Shown here in pieces: positions 55,794-64,000 of a stretch of DNA of 64,000 nt. The notes beneath the pieces were generated by a model that saw only the letters and a program-made list of their open reading frames with translations, was not told the origin of the DNA and made no database searches. How positions within the stretch are numbered: position 1 is the stretch's first letter; each line of letters opens with the position of its first letter. The DNA comes from Gordius albopunctatus. Lineage: Eukaryota. Both the position numbers and the translations under genes were made by a program. The stretch spans positions 2,356,001 through 2,420,000 of the forward strand of contig OZ193910.1 in the NCBI GenBank assembly GCA_964276515.1, given 5' to 3'.

Positions 55794-55999
55794 TGTTAAA
55801 GCTATTTGGCTTTATTAGGAATCAATGGGATATAACCACCTTACACGTATACGCGCGCGAGAAGAGAACAAACGCGATCGAACGTACGATAATAATAATA
55901 ACGCGAGAGGAAATAAAATATATCAGCTGTTGTATATCATTGCTCCACACGCAACATAGAACTTAAGCGTACATTACACATCGTCAGATATCCTCTACA
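55794..55999 (-). mobile_element. Solo LTR related to the LTR at 4088-4273
   Basis: TGTTA...CCTCTACA ends, shared TTGCTCCAC..CAA.ATAGAACTT.AGCGTAC.TTACACATC block, perfect 5-bp TSD GGTTA. Confidence 0.88.
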
Positions 56000-56341
56000 G
56001 GTTACGATGAAGTAAAATAAATTTTTTTTGTAAAAAAATAAATCCATTTCAGATTTCAAAGTATAAAATTTACAGAAAGATCCTCAGCCTTCGTCTTTAG
56101 TTCAAAGAATTTGATTTCCTAAAAAGTCTCGCTAATTAATAATTAAGACTAGGAGAACACATAAATAAATAGTATTTTATATATATATATATATATAAAG
56201 CGTATGTTTGATATCCAATTACGAAATGTTATCAATAAATTAACAGCATAAGCGTTTTGCACATAATATACTCAACTAAGGACTACAAAGTATAATGTAT
56301 GATATTTTAAAATTAAATTTTTTAAATTAAATATTTGAGAA

Positions 56342-59300
56342 TCAATAGTAGAGACGAGGTAGTGTTTTGAATTTCATTGCGACGATTGTGACTATTATCG
56401 CTAAGATGATCAATAGTATTATGACGAGAACGCACACCTTTCTTTTGTACTTGCTCTATATCGATTGATATAAAATAATAAATTATTAAGACATAATAAT
56501 TAATGTAAGCTGATGGCTATCGTGGCAAAAATTCTAATATGAAAAAGCAATTTCTGATACAAAATCACATTTAAAAATTCAACATCATAGCGATAGACCT
56601 CTGATAAAGAAAGTTGTTTAATTAAAACTAGGTTATTAAATGCTAAATAAAAAATATATTTTAATATCATCAACAAAATTATTCAACGTAAACATTTACA
56701 TCAGGAATGCGTAACTTTAATTTGACAAAATAAAAAATGACCGAAAATTGTGCTATTTTCGAAAAGCAAAAACACTGAAAGTGCTTCAATATTAAACGTC
56801 TCAAAAAATACATAAACTATAAACATGGACTATAATCATAGTAGACTGGCCAACAACCAATAATTGGTTTAAGGAATATATTAACAAACTGCGTAGCCAG
56901 CATTGGTTTAGAGGGGGCAATAATGATTTAGGGAGGGGCAAAATGAACATTTTCCAAAATTTAAGCCATAATTTTAATAAATTTCATCAAATTTTTGTAT
57001 TTTGAGCCCCCCCCCCCTTCGGCTACGTCCTCGGCTACGTACGTTATAGGTGTGGGAGGCTGCGTGTAGCTCGAGATTGGCATTTTCAACTTCGGAATTA
57101 GCCGTTTCCAAGTGGCTTTCCACGGTATCTAGCGTTTCGCCCTGTTCCCTCACCATATACCCTAAATCCTTGAAAATTTGATTGACATCCAGTATGATGG
57201 CTTCTAAATCTTCAACCTTGCAAAGCCTTTCAACCGCTAAACCCCTTTCAAAATCTAAATTGGCTGCCCTCGCAACTTCTCGCTCTTTTAGCTTTTGCTG
57301 TTCCCGCTCCAAAGTTAAACTTTCTTCGAAGGGATTTCCACTACTACCTAAACGATCGCCAAATTTAAATTAAACATAGAATTTTTTTTTAATATAAATA
57401 ATAATTTTTATCAATAAGCTTCCATGGTTTCTATACCTAAGTTTAAGTATAATGGTTTTTGGGATTTTATATAAAAGAATTTCGAAAAGCAAACCTATAA
57501 ATTTACATTTTGAACGACGCCGACTTAAAAACTAATTCTTTGCTCGCTCTAAATTAAGGCCATTATCGAGGTCGCGTAACCATGTTCTAGTTGAGTTAAT
57601 TTGAGAAAATAATATTGGTGGTGACATATCAAAAAAACAACGGAAGGAAGGCGTCAAATTAAGATATCGTCAAATTTCAAAAGGGAAAATGATTTGATTT
57701 GTAAAAAGATAAAATCTCAAAAATTTAAGTTTTGCCCCTCCCCCCCGCAATTGAATAATCCCAAACCTGGCTACGCCCATGTTTACTAATAAAGCTTAAA
57801 CCAATGTAAATTAGTGAAATATTGAGTAAATAAAAGCGGTAAACACAAAAAGCATAACAACTATTATTTCCGAAATCGTGTTTATTGGCTCTTAAGAGAG
57901 GAGTCCTTTCATTAGCTTCTAGATTGGTTTTTCGATCTTCTCCTCCAACATTCTTTGAGGCTGTTGTTATAGCTGCCTTGAATTGAATAAATGTAAGCAA
58001 TTTAGGTAGAAATCATTACATTATGGTATTTTTAATTATTTAACCTATATGTATGAATCAACAAGCTGGACATGTGGAAACAAGATTTTTCCTACTGTGG
58101 GTGGGATGAGCAGCCCATAAATTGCATAGCAATTAAAATGTGTATGATAATTAACAAATTAAATGTTTTTAAAGTTTGTGCGATCGTTTTAACACCAAAT
58201 TTAGATGATTATCGAGTTGATGGGCGCAGGGGAAGGGGGGCAGCTGCCCCCTTTTAAATCCAAAAATGTGTTGAAATTATGGGGCTAAAATTTAAAAAAA
58301 CGATCATTTTGCTCTTCCCTAAATCATTATTGCTCCCCGCCCGCCCCCTTTTATTACGATTGACTTATATACAATAGACAAACGGGTGATTATTATGGAA
58401 AATATTAAAAACACTTTTTATTTTAATTAATATAATTTGATGCTAATCTTATATATAGGGAGATGAACGGATATCGTTATATATATTTATTTATTTTTTA
58501 TGTATTTTGCAATTTATGCTGCACAGGCATGGGCGTAGCCAGATTTTGGATTAAGGAGTTCAATTAGGGAGGAACAAAAAATATTTATTTTTAATTTTTA
58601 AAGGTTTTTGTACTGAACAAAAAAGTCAATCAGGTAGGTTGAATGCATAAGTTAAATCATAAAAGCCAAATTGCAAATTAACAAGAAAGCATAAAAAAGT
58701 TTACGTTTTTTGAAGTTAAGGCTACTAGGAATATAGCATTATTATATAAATGGTGTAACCAGGTTATTGATACTGAAAGATTCTAGCTTTTAAATAAACA
58801 AGTCATTTTAGGAATTTCTTAGGTTTTGTATAATATTGAATTCTTGCATCAATATAAACTCTCTTATCTCTAATATAAATTTGGAAAACTAAGCATTTTT
58901 AAAAATTTTTAAACACGTTTAGCAACAAATATTGTTAAGGGTGATAAGGGTGCAGGCATTAGGAAAGGGTGGACAAGGAAGAGGCATAAAATTAATATTT
59001 CATGGTTTTTAACTCACATTATATACCTAAATAATGAAAATAAAATGCTGTTGATTAATTAGAATGATAAGCCTTTGACATGCAAAGTAGTTGAAAAATC
59101 CTTAACTGCCAAATTAAAAAATCACCTGGCATGTAATTATAAATAAAAAAATAGTATTTAAAAAATGTTTTTTAAAATCACCTGCAAACGTCCATACTCC
59201 TTGACAAGATCATGAAACTCATTTCGAATCTTTTCTAGTCTAATTCTATCTAACTTAGAGTATAAAAAAATATAACATAAATTGCCATGCTACTAAAAAT

Positions 59301-59824
59301 AAATTAAAATTACCTTTTCAAATTTTAAGTAAGGTTGCGCAACTTTCTTGAATATAAAAGTAGTGGACTTTATTTGCTTGTTAATTTCATCTTGAATCTC
59401 CACACTAATTTAAAAAAGTTCTTAATTTAATTATTAGATTAAGACATTTATCTTGAGGCATAATCCTTATTTAATCTATAAATCAGCCTCAAATGTCCTT
59501 GAGAAATAAATAAAAATTTCAAGCCAATTGCAAAATAAACAATTTATTGCAGAAACATATAAAACAAATTAAAAAACATAGGTATGCTAACCTATTATTA
59601 AAAGGTATTGATATCACATTTTTTTGAAAACTTTCATGACATTTTTTCAGTGTGTTTACTAGATAAGTCCAATAATATAAAATAAATTATATACCATTTT
59701 TTTGAATATTTTGTACATTTGCTATAATAATTGAGACTAATGCTTGTAGATTCTTAACTGGATCTATAATCTAAATAGTAAATTCTAAAAATTTTGGCTT
59801 ACCATCCAAATATGCAGATTGCAT
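56342..59824 (-). CDS. Syntaxin-7/12-like Qa-SNARE, ~284 aa; exons 59824-59803, 59763-59695, 59658-59592, 59404-59314, 59253-59182, 57976-57862, 57347-57043, 56455-56342
   Basis: SNARE motif LE..ILDVNQIFKDL..MV.EQGE.LD.VE, Habc-like N-terminal exons and a C-terminal TM helix after KYKRK. Exon phases are consistent (855 nt). The exon-6 donor is weak and uncertain. Confidence 0.85.
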
Positions 59825-59913
59825 TTATCATCTTTTGTTTGAAAATATTTACATCAGCTGATTATTTGAATTCAGCTGCACAAAAAGACGAAGGGTATAC
59901 TACCTGGTATTAT

Positions 59914-60191
59914 GAATCTGGTGCAAAATCTAATATGTGCAAAATCTAATAATGTAATATTCGTATTTTAGAAATTGAGACCGGTTTTCACGCATATTCA
60001 TACGCATGTAATATGTACTAAAAAACTACGTAATAAAAGGATACTATAATTTTTAATTGAAACAAAATAAGTTATATCAAAATGTATAATACTATTTTAT
60101 AAATATAAACATATTATCAAATAAATACTAAATCTAACCCTAACCCTTGCCTATATTAGATTTTGCACATATTAGATTTTGCACAGAAGTG
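59914..60191. mobile_element. Small TIR element just upstream of the syntaxin ATG
   Basis: GTGCAAAATCTAATA x2 is inverted at the other end. 8-bp direct repeat GGTATTAT at 59906-59913 and 60192-60199. Confidence 0.8.
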
Positions 60192-62776
60192 GGTATTATT
60201 AGTCTATGATACTACCTAAGGTATTTGTTTCAAGAATCATGGGGGTTGTTTTTGTTTGCATTTTAAATTTTTAAACAAATCCCAGTTATTATTTATTGTT
60301 TATTGCTTATAACACACAAGTTTTGTTTATCTTTATTATGTTTTAGTGTTCAACGTCCCTTCCCGGCAAAAATAAATTATCAGTGACTTAGCTAGCATTT
60401 TTCCCTTGGGGGGCCCGGATTTCGAACCAGTGCAGAGGGGTCAACGGCAATTTAAAAAAATTACCATAGTTAACAAACTTAATAATCAGTTATTTCTTTT
60501 TGTAATTTTTTAAAAATTTTCTTGAACTCTTACCTTTTTAGTTCCATTTCAAATATAAATACCCAAATCTTAGATCTTCCCTCTAACCTTCAACTTGCAC
60601 GTGAGAATTTGAAATTAGTAACCAACAAGGGGCTTCTTTTTATTAACCACTCCGTCTTTTGGAAATATATAAAAATCTTAACTCGGTTCTGAGACAGCCT
60701 GAGCCAGGTTTTTATTGTGCTTGTTTTTATGTAATTAAAATTTTCTTAATTAAATAATTAACCAAATGTATATATTAAAGATGCTAATATAATCATTCAA
60801 GAAGTAATACTTATAAACATTCAATTAGCTTAATCTAATGTTTTAAGATTTTTAAAGGTATGTTTAAAGGGAATTATATATATATGTAGGCACTAATTAA
60901 CACTTATCAATTTAAAATGCGCATTTTGATATTTATGATCAAATAAATAACGATGAAATTATCTAATTTTTATTTTTGATTTAATAAATATTAAATATTT
61001 ATAAATTTATACAGTATACTAAAAAACACACCTTTCTTTATACTTTATGATACAAAATTTTTAAAAGTTATTTTGTAAGGGAACTTCAGTGTCCGCTTGG
61101 TTATATTAAGGCCTATCCCCGTTTAATAATTTTTTTAGAGCAAAAGCTTGGCCCTCGGGGTGAGTTTTTAGACGAAGCTGTACCGGTCTCTTGGAGAGAT
61201 TACCCCATATAAAATTAAATAGTTAAATAACAACAAAATTATGCAATTAAAGGGATTACATTTAAACAAAAAGTTATAGGGCATACAAAAAGTTTGTACA
61301 AATATATTAAAGTCCAAAATTTACAACACGCAGTGTTGCCCAAATTGCAAATAATATACCATACACACTTGATTGAAGCTGATGTTTGAAGCTAAAGGTT
61401 TTACAAACACGTTAAGTTTTTATTGCTTGCTCTTTAATCATTACGACTAGCAGCGAAAATTTAATATAAAATTAATAAGTCGTTTAGTTCAATCAAACGA
61501 TTAACTTTTTACAAAAACGAATAAATAATAATATTATTTATTACATCAAGACATAATAATTGCTTGAGGGGGCTAAAGGAGTCAAGATTTATTTCTTTGG
61601 TGGCCGAAAAGACCAGGATTTCGCTCTTGGGGGGGGGGGGTCTCCACCTAGCTAAACCACTGCAAATAAATTGAATTTCATTTATATTATTCTTTTTCTA
61701 TATCTTTTAAGTCAATCAGGTGCTTAAAAGTACTCAGGTGTAAAGATTAAACCGAAATTTTTAATTGGCAAGTTTCACTTTCAAACATTCATATTAACCT
61801 AGGCATTGTTTTGTTTAATAACATTATTTCAAAATTTTATCCATGTAAATAAATATTTATTAATGTATTATGAGCAAAAATAACGTGCATTTAGTGAATG
61901 GGTTGATATAGGCTGTCGGTTCACAAATACATTAACTAACTACAACTCAATAAAAGACAAATTCTGCAATTTTTGGCCTATATTTTGAGAGCAGATTGAC
62001 GGTTATTTGATGCACTTAATGATACGAAGTGTTGCCTATTACAAAAATACCTGTCTAAAAACCATCAACGCCCTTGATTTTATTTTCGTACGGGGGGATA
62101 TAATTTCAAAAAGGGGGCAGAGCCTTAAACTATAATGTCTATGAGAGCAACGAGAGTAGCGAAGACATGTAAATGGTCAGGGAGGGAGTAAGTTGCACGC
62201 GAAGGAAGGAGAGGGAAAGAGCGTTAATTTTAAAAAGCTTTGATTTATCACCCTTTTCTCTCCAACTCGTGTGCGGGAGGAGAGTCAAGATGTTCAAACA
62301 AATAGAGAAACGCTGTAAGTTTTTTTGGATAAATATTTTGGACTCTAAATTAGTTGTATTATAACTGCTACGGCTTCCACCTTATTTCAGCTTACAAGAA
62401 CTGTCGCCACTCATCCACACTACACACATTGCCTTATGTCAAAATATTTTAGTAATAAAAATGTCTATATTTACATGAAGCTTATATCATATTATTAAAA
62501 ACCCGGGTTGTAGTATAGTATTTGCCCATTTATATTGTGTTTTTAAAGAAAATAAAAATACAAACGTGTGTGAATATTTTAATCATTTTATTCTTACCTT
62601 ATTTTATTCCAATTTATTAATTCTGAATATTTCAATATATTTTACCCCAATATTTAATTCATAAATTCCGCGTAATAATGATGAGGTCCGTGAAAAATAT
62701 TATGCGAAAAAAGTTTTTATATATCGGTAAAAAACGAACTGTGTGTTAAAGTACAAAAGATCTTATTAATGCACGC

Positions 62777-62920
62777 TTGACTTGCACGTGCAGCTGGCAA
62801 GTCACGCGTTTAACAAAGCGAGGGGGAGAGAGGGGAGGGGGGGAAGACGCTCATAGGAAGATGCGCATCGGAGACTGCGCATGGGAGATTGCGCATAAGT
62901 GGTTGCGCATGCACAACCAC
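62777..62920. promoter_or_regulatory. Candidate cis-regulatory cluster (E-boxes, GA-rich tract, phased TGCGCA motifs)
   Basis: CACGTG and CAGCTG, then four TGCGCA at 62862, 62876, 62890 and 62904, in a GC-rich island within AT-rich DNA. Target gene not identified. Confidence 0.4.
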
Positions 62921-64000
62921 AACAGTTTTTTAAATACCAGTACTATTACGCTCTATTCAAATTTATTTAAATTTTAAAACACGAGCAAATTAGCATTCTA
63001 ATAAAAAATAATGAAACATTCATTAGTAAATAGAGTGATCAATACTAAACTCGATTTAAAGTTAGTCTATATATAGCTATTATAAATATTTGAGAAATAA
63101 TTGATAAAAATAAAAATTCAAATATATAATAAATTAACTTATAATTGATATTTTTGACTAAGTATAGTGCAAATTTCCAATGAACTTTATGTTTATATTT
63201 AGATGTTTTGGTACAAGTAATAAAAGTAATATTAAAAATATTACATATTATAATTACAATTTATTTTAATGGAACAATAATAAAAGTCATTATTATTATT
63301 TAGGTTATCCATTCATTTTTTAGTTATACTATTGACTTTTTTTAACCATCTAACAAAGATCGTTTAGAATTTATTGCATAATTTATCAGAATTAAATATT
63401 TAATGAAATTATAAAGTACATTGATTGAGGAAGATTTGATAAAATTACAATTGAACCAATCGAAATTATCGAAAGGTTAAGAATTTTGGCGGAAAAATTT
63501 TATTTTTTATGGAGGGCCTATTAATTTCTGATCAAGAAGAGAAGAGCCTTTACCAGTTATTTATAATTGTACTTACGCCCTTAAAATTAATATGAATTCT
63601 CAAAATCTTAAATTCTGAAACGAAATATATTTCATATATAAAATGGTAGATTAAAAAATCGAGCAAAGCACAAAATAAAAACTGCGATCGGAGAACTAGG
63701 GCAATATGTATATATAAATTTGAATGCTGGATCCTTCTAATTCACTTGGTTTCCTTCGAATTCCCAATGCGATGGTAATTAATTTATATGCAAGTGCGAT
63801 TAATGGGGAGCAGGCTACAGTACGGAGAAAATCATAATCTTATTTATATGCAAAAACTTCCAATGTTCGCTTAATAGCACCATCTTCACTAGCAAGCGGC
63901 ATTTAACAGAGAGAGAGGAGGAGGGAAAAGTGGGAATAAATCAAAAACAGCCTCCTCCGACTCGAGTGTTGACCTCTCTTAGTACGGTCTTCTGACCTGA

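Noticed and set aside
56456..57042. Introner-style intron creation by the MITE
   Set aside because: The MITE covers only part of the intron, and from recollection a phase-0 intron before the juxtamembrane basic stretch is typical of STX7/12 genes.
63540..64000. Possible exon(s) at the window end
   Set aside because: Moderately GC-rich with a donor-like site, but no ORF or motif to support a call.

Overview
AT-rich, TE-dense eukaryotic (animal, probably invertebrate) genomic DNA; the species cannot be determined from the sequence. Many introns are very short (35-60 nt). Five intact-looking spliced genes were reconstructed by hand: AAMP/Sqt1-like WD40 protein (+), an oxytocin/vasopressin-family GPCR (-), stand-alone ALG13 (+), an SRCR plus trypsin-like serine protease (-, 5' end uncertain) and syntaxin-7/12 (-). 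A disrupted RTF2 5' fragment lies head-to-head with ALG13. The rest is largely nested mobile DNA: a deleted Ty3/gypsy element and a related solo LTR, an RTE-like LINE, two CRE-like RLE non-LTR fragments, a decayed mariner, many hAT-type MITEs with 8-bp TSDs, long foldback elements, Helitrons and DINE-1-like Helentron elements (HINEs). The most unusual signals are HINEs carrying repeated tRNA T-arm/B-box plus oligo-T modules, a CRE-like insertion with a 43-47 bp TSD across a HINE terminus, a tandemly duplicated 37-nt micro-exon, the decayed RTF2, and a TGCGCA array with an exact 14-bp period. No rRNA, intact tRNA or CRISPR array was seen. All calls were made by eye with no database searches.
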